Origin: Trueperaceae bacterium | GTDB lineage: Bacteria; Deinococcota; Deinococci; Deinococcales; Trueperaceae | Direction: 5' to 3' | Length of the DNA stretch: 64,000 nt | Assembly (NCBI GenBank): GCA_965214405.1 | Contig: OZ243956.1 | Location: 2,176,001 to 2,240,000, forward strand | In this document: positions 10,845 to 19,371 of the stretch, piece by piece | How the letters are laid out: each line of letters opens with the position of its first letter | Numbering within the stretch: the first letter of the stretch is position 1 | The notes under the pieces: model-generated | The model's database searches: none | What the model saw: only the letters and a program-made list of their open reading frames with translations | Told to the model about the DNA's origin: nothing | Made by a program: the position numbers and the translations under genes

Positions 10845-11948
10845 GTGGCTCAACCGCAAGCGCAACGCACCACGCCTGGGGCCAGGGGCCGTTCCGACCT
10901 CGCCAAGGCCGAGGAACGCACCGCTCTTTGGCTTCTCGCGCCCACATTCATTGTTCTCCTCGTTCTCGCTATCTATCCCTTGGGTCAGGTGTTCGTCCAG
11001 AGCTTTACCAACGCCCGCTTTGCGAGCGACACCCCCGTCAGCTACGTCGGCTTTCAAAACTACCGCCAGCTCCTCAGCATGACCGTCCGCGAGCTGCCCG
11101 CCCAACGCGACGCGGAGGGCAACGTGGTCGTCGAGGACGGCCGGGTGCAGTACGAAAGCTGGGTCAGGGTTTTGCCGCGCGAGCCCTTGCGTTACCGGCA
11201 GGTAGCCGAGTTTAGCTTTGCGGGTAACCGCTATGTATTTGGCGCGACCTCCGCCGACTTTATCAGGGCGGTTGGGGACACGCTAGTCTTTACCTTTTTC
11301 TGCGTGGTTCTCGAAACGCTTTTCGGTATGATTATTGCCCTCACCCTATTTACCAAATTTATCGGTCGCGGCGTCATGCGCGCCGCCATGCTCGTGCCCT
11401 GGGCGATTGTCACCGTGGTGTCCGCGCGCATCTGGGAATGGATGCTCCAGTCTACGCGCCTGGGCTTTTTCAACTCCTTTTTGCTGGACCTGGGCATCAT
11501 CAACCGCCCGCTGGTCTTTCTCGCCAACAGCTCGGCCAACATTTCTTTGCAGCTTCCCAGCGCCATCGCCATCGACGTTTGGAAGACCACGCCGTTTATG
11601 GCGCTCTTGCTCTTGGCAGGTCTCGCCACCATTCCGGGCGAACTCTACGAGGCGGCGGAGATAGACGGGGCCAACAAGATACGCCAGTTTTTCTCCATCA
11701 CGCTGCCCTTACTTACGCCCACGCTGGCGGTCGCGCTTATTTTCCGCACGCTCGACACGCTCCGCGTTTTTGACCTTTTCCAGGTGGTCTTTGGCGAGGA
11801 GCGGATGTCGATGGCGAGTTACGCCTATTTCGAGCTTATTTCGGCCAGGGACGTCGGCATGAGTTCGGCGGCCAGCGTGGTGATTTTTATCCTTTTGTTC
11901 GGTTTCGCGTTTATGTACATTCGCGTGTTGGGAGTTGAGACGGAATGA
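10845..11948 (+). CDS. Sugar ABC permease (MalF-like)
   Basis: DVWKTTPF and EAA loop (LYEAAEIDGA); Shine-Dalgarno AAGGAGG. Confidence 0.92.
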   Translation: MAQPQAQRTTPGARGRSDLAKAEERTALWLLAPTFIVLLVLAIYPLGQVFVQSFTNARFASDTPVSYVGFQNYRQLLSMTVRELPAQRDAEGNVVVEDGRVQYESWVRVLPREPLRYRQVAEFSFAGNRYVFGATSADFIRAVGDTLVFTFFCVVLETLFGMIIALTLFTKFIGRGVMRAAMLVPWAIVTVVSARIWEWMLQSTRLGFFNSFLLDLGIINRPLVFLANSSANISLQLPSAIAIDVWKTTPFMALLLLAGLATIPGELYEAAEIDGANKIRQFFSITLPLLTPTLAVALIFRTLDTLRVFDLFQVVFGEERMSMASYAYFELISARDVGMSSAASVVIFILLFGFAFMYIRVLGVETE

Positions 11949-12829
11949 CGGCAAATACGGCTCGGTCAAACAGTTCTTACCGCTCGAGCAAGCGCACCCG
12001 CCAGATTATCGGCAGGATTTTCTTCTGGCTTCTCATCGTCATCATCTTCATCTACTTGATGTTTCCCTTCTATTGGGCGCTCATTTCGGCGCTCAAGACG
12101 GGCTCTGAACTTAACCAGCCGCCCGTGACCTATTTTCCTCACAACCCGAGCTTCAAAAACTTCGCGTCGGTGTTTCGTAACACGGTCTTTTTGAGAGGAT
12201 TGCTAAACAGCGCCATCGTCGCCACCGCGACCACCGTCCTGAGTTTGTTGGTGGGGTCGTTCGCGGGCTACGCGCTCGGCAAGCTGCGCTTTCGCGGCAA
12301 ATCCCCCTCGCTCTACGTCATTTTGGCGATGACCATGTTTCCGCAAGTTGCCATTCTCGCGGGGCTCTACGCGGTGATTCGCTTTTTGGGTTTGCCGACG
12401 CTCGTCTCCATCACGCTTTCCTACTTGCTCTTCAGCGTGCCCTTTACCGCCTGGGTGCTGACGTCGTTTTTCAAGGGCCTGCCCGACTCGCTCTTGCAGT
12501 CCGCGCAGGTGGACGGGGCCAACATGATGCAGACCTTTTGGCTCATCTTGTTACCCCTCACCGGACCCGCGCTCGTCACCACCGGGCTCTTGACCTTTAT
12601 CGGGGCCTGGAACGAGTATTTGTTCGCGCTCACCTTTACCTCGTTCGACCCGAGCGCGCAAACGGTGCCCGTCGCCATCGCCAAGTTCGCGGGGCAGATA
12701 CCAAGGCAAGAGCCCTTCGGCGAGATTATGGCGGCGGCGATTATCGTGACCGTTCCTTTGGTCGCGCTCGTGCTTGTTTTCCAGGGTCGCATCGTCGAGG
12801 GGCTGACGGCGGGGGCGGTGAAAGGGTAG
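11945..12829 (+). CDS. Sugar ABC permease (MalG-like)
   Basis: SAQVDGA loop, AWNEYLFA, GLTAGAVKG; ATGA overlap with upstream gene. Confidence 0.92.
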   Translation: MTANTARSNSSYRSSKRTRQIIGRIFFWLLIVIIFIYLMFPFYWALISALKTGSELNQPPVTYFPHNPSFKNFASVFRNTVFLRGLLNSAIVATATTVLSLLVGSFAGYALGKLRFRGKSPSLYVILAMTMFPQVAILAGLYAVIRFLGLPTLVSITLSYLLFSVPFTAWVLTSFFKGLPDSLLQSAQVDGANMMQTFWLILLPLTGPALVTTGLLTFIGAWNEYLFALTFTSFDPSAQTVPVAIAKFAGQIPRQEPFGEIMAAAIIVTVPLVALVLVFQGRIVEGLTAGAVKG

Positions 12830-12865
12830 AAGCTGGCATCTGTAAAGGGGTTAAGCACAACCTTG

Positions 12866-12894
12866 TTGACACCCCCTTACGCGCCGCGTATACT
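12866..12894 (+). promoter_or_regulatory. Near-consensus sigma70 promoter for a leaderless transcript
   Basis: TTGACA(12866)-17 bp-TATACT(12889)-6 bp-ATG(12901). Confidence 0.85.
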
Positions 12895-12900
12895 CCCTCC

Positions 12901-12978
12901 ATGCGCCTACGCCGTCGTCTCCAGATTGTTAGAAAGCTTCACGAGAGGCTATACCTAGAGGTTGGGGCTGCCGCGTAG
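12901..12978 (+). CDS. Putative leu operon leader peptide ([25 protein letters not shown])
   Basis: 25 codons with 5 Leu, three of them CTA; starts at the predicted +1; followed by a terminator just before leuC. Confidence 0.7.
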   Translation: MRLRRRLQIVRKLHERLYLEVGAAA

Positions 12979-13000
12979 CATCTTTGAACGGTTCATTGGC

Positions 13001-13034
13001 ACCCCCTGGTCTAAAAAGCCAGGGGGTTTTTCTT
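13001..13034 (+). terminator. Attenuator terminator upstream of leuC
   Basis: ACCCCCTGG...CCAGGGGGT followed by TTTTCTT. Confidence 0.8.
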
Positions 13035-13054
13035 ACTTTGAGAGAGGTGTCAGG

Positions 13055-14515
13055 ATGGAAAGAGGAGAGGGCTCGAGCCCCAACATAACTAATCCACAAA
13101 ATCTTTTCAATAAGGTTTGGGACGCGCACACGGTCGGCACGCTCCGCAACGGCCAGACACAACTGCTTATCGGCACGCACCTCATCCACGAGGTCACGAG
13201 CCCGCAGGCTTTCGGGATGCTCCGCGACCTAAATTTAAGCGTCCGCTACCCCGAACGCACCTTTGCGACGGTTGACCACATCGTCCCCACCGACAACCGC
13301 GAGGAACCCTTTAGCGACCCCCTGGCCGACGAGATGATTAAGGAGTTGCGTAAAAACGCACAAACGTACGGCATTACCATGTTTGATTTAGAGAGCGGCA
13401 AGCAGGGCATCGTCCATATGGTCGGCCCCGAGCAGGGCATCACCCAGCCGGGCACGACGATCGCCTGCGGTGACTCGCACACCGCTACGCACGGCGCGTT
13501 CGGCGCGGTCGCGTTTGGCATCGGGACAAGTCAAGTGCGCGACGTGCTGGCGACGCAAACGCTCGCCATGAGCAAACCCAGGGTGCGGCGCATCAATGTG
13601 GACGGCGCGCTCGGCCCCGGCGTCTACGCCAAAGACGTGATTTTGCACATCATCCGCGTCTTGGGTGTTAAAGGCGGCCTCGGCTACGCCTACGAGTACG
13701 GCGGCGAAGTCTTCGACCGGATGAGCATGGAAGAGCGGATGACGGTGTGCAACATGTCCATCGAGGGCGGCGCGCGCTGCGGCTACGTCAACCCAGACGA
13801 AACGACGTTTGAGTACCTGAAAGGTCGCCCCTACGCGCCCAAGGAAACCGAGTGGGACGAGGCGGTGGCGAGCTGGCGATCTTTCGCCTCGGACGAGGGC
13901 TGCCGTTACGACGACGTGGTGGACATCCGCGCGCAAGACATCGCGCCAACGGTCACCTGGGGCATCAATCCGGGGCAAGCTATTTTTATAGACGAGCGCG
14001 TGCCGACGGTCGAGGACGCGCTCGAGGGTGACAAGGCCGCGGTCGCCGAGGCGCTAGAGCACATGAAGCTCACGCCGGGCGCGCCCATCCAGGGCACCCC
14101 CATCGACGTGGCGTTTTTCGGCTCCTGCACCAACGCGCGACTGTCGGACTTTCTCGAGGTTGCCAAATACCTCAAGGGCCACAAAGTTCACCCCCACGTC
14201 AAGGCCATCGCCGTGCCGGGGTCGCAAATCGTCAAATACCACTGTGAAGAACTGGGTATTGACCAGGTGTTCAGAGACGCAGGCTTTGAATGGCGCGAGG
14301 CGGGCTGCTCGATGTGTTTGGCGATGAACCCGGACAAGCTTGTGGGGGATCAGCTTTGTGCGTCCTCGAGCAATCGCAACTTCAAAGGCCGACAGGGCAG
14401 CGTCACGGGTAGAACGGTCTTAATGAGCCCGGTGATGGTCGCGGCGGCAGCGGTTACGGGAGAAATCAGTGATGCAAGGAAAGTTTTCGGGGTGAAGGAA
14501 GTAGTTAGCTTTTGA
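13055..14515 (+). CDS. leuC: 3-isopropylmalate dehydratase large subunit
   Basis: [38 protein letters not shown] 13055 follows GAGG. Confidence 0.97.
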   Translation: MERGEGSSPNITNPQNLFNKVWDAHTVGTLRNGQTQLLIGTHLIHEVTSPQAFGMLRDLNLSVRYPERTFATVDHIVPTDNREEPFSDPLADEMIKELRKNAQTYGITMFDLESGKQGIVHMVGPEQGITQPGTTIACGDSHTATHGAFGAVAFGIGTSQVRDVLATQTLAMSKPRVRRINVDGALGPGVYAKDVILHIIRVLGVKGGLGYAYEYGGEVFDRMSMEERMTVCNMSIEGGARCGYVNPDETTFEYLKGRPYAPKETEWDEAVASWRSFASDEGCRYDDVVDIRAQDIAPTVTWGINPGQAIFIDERVPTVEDALEGDKAAVAEALEHMKLTPGAPIQGTPIDVAFFGSCTNARLSDFLEVAKYLKGHKVHPHVKAIAVPGSQIVKYHCEELGIDQVFRDAGFEWREAGCSMCLAMNPDKLVGDQLCASSSNRNFKGRQGSVTGRTVLMSPVMVAAAAVTGEISDARKVFGVKEVVSF

Positions 14516-14546
14516 AGTTCACTATACTCTCTTTCAGTTCAGCTTG

Positions 14547-15284
14547 GATGGGGCAATGTTCTTCTCGCAAGTCCTAAATACAAAATGCTCTGCCAGTTCT
14601 CTGCCGGAGATAGAAACACCGCTAGGCAACATTGCTTTCTCTGTTAAGTTAAATGAGAGTGACGTAACTGCCAAGTTTAGTGGCTGTTTCGATTTGGGAC
14701 GCGGAGAAAAGCTGTTTCGGTATGAGTTGCCAGAAGCGTTCTTTGAGCTGCTTATCTTTCGAAACAACTTCAAACTCTTGCCTCATCAAAGGATAAAAGA
14801 CTGTCTAACATGCGCTATACGTCTGGCTGCAAAGCGTGATGTTCAACTGCGCTTTGCAGGCGCTTGGTCGGGAAACAGCTACCCTGATGGTGGGGGTGAG
14901 CCAGGCGAACGCTTAATGGCAATGACTTGGGAAAGTTCTCAGTTTGTTGTCTCTTTGGGTACCGGAGATATCGAGTGGCACTATCCTTATGCGGGCAAGT
15001 CTTTTCCTCTTCGCTGGAAGCAGTTTCTGCCTGAATACGAACTGCCGGAATATATGAACGAACAGACTATTCACTTTATTGAACAGGTAGGCCAACGAGG
15101 TTTGATGTTTGAACCACCGGGCCTAATGAGCGGTGAAGCTTGTCAGTTGGCTTTTGCTGTCGCTTGGGCAGATTTTGCTGAAAATGACATTTCAACGTGG
15201 CTTTCTGTTGATTATGCCCATGAAATCAAACGCGACGACTTTTTACCCTTTAGACCCTTCCGCCGCGACGAAGCCAGTACATAA
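14547..15284 (+). CDS. Hypothetical protein, low-GC insertion between leuC and leuD
   Basis: About 245-aa ORF with AT-rich codon usage; no recognised family; start uncertain. Confidence 0.65.
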   Translation, partial: DGAMFFSQVLNTKCSASSLPEIETPLGNIAFSVKLNESDVTAKFSGCFDLGRGEKLFRYELPEAFFELLIFRNNFKLLPHQRIKDCLTCAIRLAAKRDVQLRFAGAWSGNSYPDGGGEPGERLMAMTWESSQFVVSLGTGDIEWHYPYAGKSFPLRWKQFLPEYELPEYMNEQTIHFIEQVGQRGLMFEPPGLMSGEACQLAFAVAWADFAENDISTWLSVDYAHEIKRDDFLPFRPFRRDEAST

Positions 15285-15338
15285 CGACCAAAAGCTAAAG
15301 GTTGGCTACCCAAATCTTATTTATCTTGGAGGTTCGCA

Positions 15339-15935
15339 ATGGCCTTAGAAAAAATCACCCACCTCACCGGCAGAGGCGTCTACATCCCCGGTAACGACCT
15401 TGACACCGACCGCATCATCCCCGCGCGCTACCTCAAATGCGTGACCTTTGACGGCCTGGGCGAGTCGCTCTTTTACGACGTGCGCTTTTTTGAGGACGGC
15501 GCGCCTCGAGAGCATCCCCTCAACGACCCGCGCTTCGAGGGGGCCACCGTCATGCTCGCGGACGCCAATTTCGGCTGCGGCTCCTCACGCGAGCACGCGC
15601 CGCAGGCCATCCACCGCCACGGCTTTCGGGCGGTCGTCGCCGAGAGCTTCGCGGAAATCTTTTACGGCAACGCCGTGACCCTCGGGCTGGTTTGTGTGGA
15701 GGCCGACAGGGAGCAAATTCGGATGATGGTCGAGACTATTGAGCAGAACCCGCGCACGGAAATTGCTATTGACATAGGGAACGAGCGCGTAACATTTGCC
15801 GACAAAACGCTTCCGGTGACCATCAAGCAGAGCGCCAAAGACGCGCTTGTTGATGGGCGTTGGGACCCGATTGCAGAACTTTTGGAGGCCGACCAGAGCA
15901 TCACCGAAACGGCTCAGCGCCTGCCTTACATTTGA
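15339..15935 (+). CDS. leuD: 3-isopropylmalate dehydratase small subunit
   Basis: DTDRIIPARYLK, NFGCGSSREHAPQA, SFAEIF. Confidence 0.97.
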   Translation: MALEKITHLTGRGVYIPGNDLDTDRIIPARYLKCVTFDGLGESLFYDVRFFEDGAPREHPLNDPRFEGATVMLADANFGCGSSREHAPQAIHRHGFRAVVAESFAEIFYGNAVTLGLVCVEADREQIRMMVETIEQNPRTEIAIDIGNERVTFADKTLPVTIKQSAKDALVDGRWDPIAELLEADQSITETAQRLPYI

Positions 15936-15950
15936 GAAGGAGCTAAACTA

Positions 15951-16160
15951 GTGGCTATGATCACGCTTAAACGCAGCCCCGTCCATTCCGACCCGGATGT
16001 TTTGGGGGGCACGCTCGTTTTTCACGGTACGCGGGTGCCCGCCCAAACGCTGCTTGACTACTTAGGTGACGGGTACAGCGTGGCGGTGTTTTTGGAGAAC
16101 TTTCCGTCGGTGACGCCTGAAGATGCTACGGCGTTCCTCGAGCTTGCCCGTCCCAGTTGA
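15951..16160 (+). CDS. DUF433 antitoxin-like protein
   Basis: DPDVLGGTLVFHGTRVP..LLDYL..G....FLENFPSV. Confidence 0.88.
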   Translation: MAMITLKRSPVHSDPDVLGGTLVFHGTRVPAQTLLDYLGDGYSVAVFLENFPSVTPEDATAFLELARPS

Positions 16161-16486
16161 CTATCCTCTTAGATGAAAATATTCCTCACCTCTTGAAGCG
16201 CTTTCTGAGTGAGTTCGAGGTCGCAACGGTTCAGGAGATAGGTCTGGCGGGAACCAAAAACGGCGCACTCATCTCCTTTATCGATGGCAAGTACGATGTT
16301 TTCATCACCGCAGACAAAAATCTCAAGTACCAGCAGAATCTGGCGGAGCGGAGCGTTGCGATTGTAGAGCTTTACAGCAACCGCTTACCTGAGATAGAGC
16401 GCATGAAGGAGAGGATACGGATGGTGTTAGCCAATGTTGTAAAAGGTGATTTTGTAACTGTAGGGCCGCCTGAGAGAGACGCGTGA
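16157..16486 (+). CDS. DUF5615 PIN-like toxin (VapC45-like)
   Basis: ILLDENIP, G.KNG.L, FITADKNLKYQQN; 4-nt overlap with the DUF433 gene. Confidence 0.88.
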   Translation: MTILLDENIPHLLKRFLSEFEVATVQEIGLAGTKNGALISFIDGKYDVFITADKNLKYQQNLAERSVAIVELYSNRLPEIERMKERIRMVLANVVKGDFVTVGPPERDA

Positions 16487-17256
16487 GCGTTCAGCAAACC
16501 GCCGACGCCTGGTCGCAACGCGGCGCGGACTACGCCGAGAGCGCGCGCCACAAGTTTGGGCCTTCGCTGCCAAAACTGCTCGAGTTAACCCGCCCCTTCC
16601 CGACAGATGTTTGTCTCGACGTCGGCACAGGAACGGGCCACACCGCCGCCGCGCTCGCCCCACGGGTCAAAAAAGTGTACGGCCTGGACCCCGCCGAGGG
16701 CATGGTGGCGGCGGCTCGAGCCGCCTACGGGCATCTGGACAATCTCGAGTTCGTCTCCGGCACGAGTGAAGACACGGGCTTTGAAAATGACACGTTCGAC
16801 CTCATCACCGCCCGCCACACGCTGCATCATCACCCGAGTATGCCCAAAACGTTGGCCGAACTGGGGCGCGTCTTAAAACCCGGCGGCAGGATCGTCATTG
16901 TTGACGAAGTCACGCCGGACGCGTCGGTCGAGGCGTGGTATCACGCGTTGGAAGTCGCCCGCGACCCCACGCACGGGCGCGCTTATCTTATGGAGGAGTG
17001 GCGGGTGTTTGTGAGGGAGGCGGGGCTCGAGTGGGTCGTCGGCGACGCCCACACCGTCTACACGCTGGACGTTGAGAGCTGGATAACTCGGATGAAGCCT
17101 ACGCTCGAGGCGGCGGAGGCGGTTCGCACGCTTTTTAGAGAGGCAAGCGAGGAGGCCAGGACGCGTTTTAGCATCGTTTATAAAAACGACAACGCGGTAA
17201 CTTTCGACATGCCGATGGCGCTGATTCTCGCCGTCAAACCACGCCGCGCGGCGTGA
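16483..17256 (+). CDS. Class I SAM-dependent methyltransferase
   Basis: LDVGTGTG, FDLIT, RVLKPGG. Confidence 0.88.
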   Translation: MSVQQTADAWSQRGADYAESARHKFGPSLPKLLELTRPFPTDVCLDVGTGTGHTAAALAPRVKKVYGLDPAEGMVAAARAAYGHLDNLEFVSGTSEDTGFENDTFDLITARHTLHHHPSMPKTLAELGRVLKPGGRIVIVDEVTPDASVEAWYHALEVARDPTHGRAYLMEEWRVFVREAGLEWVVGDAHTVYTLDVESWITRMKPTLEAAEAVRTLFREASEEARTRFSIVYKNDNAVTFDMPMALILAVKPRRAA

Positions 17257-17305
17257 GTTGCAACCCTTAACCCTTTGGTTTGCTGTGTGAAGTTTGGGTG
17301 AGGCG

Positions 17306-17350
17306 GCTCGAGCCCTTTGCAGTGGGGGGCTCGAGTCCTTGTTCTATTTG
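17306..17350 (+). terminator. Probable terminator after the methyltransferase
   Basis: CTCGAGCCC...GGGCTCGAG stem followed by a T-rich tract. Confidence 0.55.
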
Positions 17351-17574
17351 TTTTTGTCTACGCGTTTTAAGAATTTTGTCATAAAGCTTGAGTTAGTGTC
17401 TTTTTAAGCGTGGTATCCCCCCATTTGGACCCCCCTGTCTGGGGGAGAAAAAAGCGATAAAAGCGCCCTCTGAGACGACAAAACTAAGAACTTTGTAAGA
17501 GTTTTTTTCCTATAGTCAACTTCATAAGCTTTTACGCAGGTCGGTGTGGACCCCTTGCGCAAGAGCGCTAGGAG

Positions 17575-18066
17575 TTGATGAGATTGAGAAAGCAAACACA
17601 ACGAAGGATAAGAGGGTTTACCCTGATTGAGTTGCTCATCACGGTGAGCATTATGGGCATCGTGCTGAGTATTGGCGCGCTCAATCTCAAACCGGTCAAT
17701 AACGACGCGCAGGACGCGGCGAATCGGCTAAGCGGCCTTTTCAAGCAAACGCGGGCCAAGGCGATGGCGACCACTTCCGCTTACCGCATTTGGGCCGACC
17801 TTGGAAGCCAGCCGGTTCACCTCTACGCCCAAAGGGCGAAAAGTTGTAGCGCGCCCAACAACGAATGGGTTACCGATAAGAAGTTACAAACAGAGCTACC
17901 CGAGGGTGTTTCTTTAGGCGTTGACTACTCTAATTGGGATTGGCGACTGCCCTGCTTTAACAGCCGCGGGCTCTCGAGCAATTATATAACGCTCAACATC
18001 ACGGACGACCGTGAGCGCGTCCGGACAGTCGAACTACTCTTGGGCGGCGCGGTGAGGGTCAAGTGA
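17575..18066 (+). CDS. Type IV minor pilin (FimT/GspH-like)
   Basis: Class III signal RG|FTLIELLI. Confidence 0.88.
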   Translation: MMRLRKQTQRRIRGFTLIELLITVSIMGIVLSIGALNLKPVNNDAQDAANRLSGLFKQTRAKAMATTSAYRIWADLGSQPVHLYAQRAKSCSAPNNEWVTDKKLQTELPEGVSLGVDYSNWDWRLPCFNSRGLSSNYITLNITDDRERVRTVELLLGGAVRVK

Positions 18067-18452
18067 AAAAACTTCAGGGTTTTGGCATCCTCGAGGCAGT
18101 TTTGGCGGTGGCGCTTCTCGGTATTACCTTAGCGGGCATCGTGCCGGTTTTTGTAAATTACGCGAACGCTAACAAAAACGCCGAGGTGAGAACGGGCGCG
18201 GTCACCGTCGCGGAGCGCCTTTTGGACGAGCTGCGCCAGCGTCCCTTTGGAACTTGGGAAGATTTTAGAGCGACCGTCGCAACTCATAAGATGGAAACGG
18301 GCTTGCGCGCCTACGACGCCGCTATCAAGTGGGACACGCCGGACTTGCCGCTCGGCAACGGCAGCACAATCAGGCACGTAAGGGTGGAGGTGAGGTTTAA
18401 TGGTCAGTCGTACTACGCAGTCGAAACAGTTTTCACGCAGTTTCAGAAATAA
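18063..18452 (+). CDS. Type IV minor pilin (PilV-like)
   Basis: QG|FGILEAVLA; GTGA overlap. Confidence 0.85.
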   Translation: MKKLQGFGILEAVLAVALLGITLAGIVPVFVNYANANKNAEVRTGAVTVAERLLDELRQRPFGTWEDFRATVATHKMETGLRAYDAAIKWDTPDLPLGNGSTIRHVRVEVRFNGQSYYAVETVFTQFQK

Positions 18453-19362
18453 AGGCTTCACAATTTTAGAGCTTCTTATCGCCCTTGCGGTTGGCGGGCT
18501 TGTTCTCAGTATGGCCCTGGCTCTCACCCTCGCCAACCGCGACCTTATGTCAGCGGACGAGGCGCGCACCGCGCTCAACCAAAACCTGCGTAGCGGCGCG
18601 GACATTATTGGCGACGACATCCGCATCGCGGGCGAGCGTTTGCGCGGTTCACCGCCCACGCTCATGCCTATTGTCATCAGGAACAATACAATTACGCTGC
18701 GCAACAATGAAGAAGACACTGTGATGACGCTCTGCCAAGACCTACTTAGAGCCAGTGACACCAAAATCTATATCTCTCGAGAGGGTAGCGGTACATCAAC
18801 ACACTCAGGCTGCCAATCCAGTCCCGAAAAATTTCAAGTTTGGAAAGACCGCCGCACGGGTAAAGAAAACAGTAACCCCAGGGGTAGCGTACCCGTTTAC
18901 ATACACAAACCGAATACCAGTGGTAATCCCAACAACGATGACAGCCAAGGCGAATTCTTCCAATACAAGGATGATGGCAAAGATTCGAGCGGGTTCTTTA
19001 TCGTTAGGCCGTCGGGGGGATCGGGCAAAGAGTACACAGCGTCCACCAGCCCCTCAGCCAACCCGAAGTTCCAGCCTAAAATGTACTTTTTGGAAGAGCG
19101 AAACTACAGTCTCCAAAACGGTGATATAGAGCTTTTCATCAATGGTTCCAGAAAAGGCGTTGTAATTGATAATGTCTCCAAGTTTTCAATCGTGGCTGTT
19201 ATGAACGATGACACCAGGCAATCTACCTTGGATAAACCGAGCGACTGGCTCAAGCTTCGCGCGATAGAGATTACCCTCGAGGGTACCGTCACCGTCCGCG
19301 GAAAGCCTGTCACGCGCAAACTGGTTTCTCAAATTTTCCCAAGAAATGTGCTTTCCAAATAG
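18400..19362 (+). CDS. Type IV minor pilin (PilW-like)
   Basis: KG|FTILELLIA, NQNLRSGADII.DDIR.AG, C-terminal PRN. Confidence 0.85.
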   Translation: MVSRTTQSKQFSRSFRNKGFTILELLIALAVGGLVLSMALALTLANRDLMSADEARTALNQNLRSGADIIGDDIRIAGERLRGSPPTLMPIVIRNNTITLRNNEEDTVMTLCQDLLRASDTKIYISREGSGTSTHSGCQSSPEKFQVWKDRRTGKENSNPRGSVPVYIHKPNTSGNPNNDDSQGEFFQYKDDGKDSSGFFIVRPSGGSGKEYTASTSPSANPKFQPKMYFLEERNYSLQNGDIELFINGSRKGVVIDNVSKFSIVAVMNDDTRQSTLDKPSDWLKLRAIEITLEGTVTVRGKPVTRKLVSQIFPRNVLSK

Positions 19363-19371
19363 GAGCGTCTG

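Noticed and set aside
9354..12829. Sugar ABC operon lacking an ATPase
   Set aside because: Common arrangement; shared MalK/MsmX-type ATPases are usually encoded elsewhere.
12962..13054. ORF-track N-terminal extension of leuC
   Set aside because: It runs through the leader peptide and attenuator; ATG 13055 has an SD. Similar over-extensions at aroA, ymdB-like, ppc, wzx and the last GT4 were trimmed.
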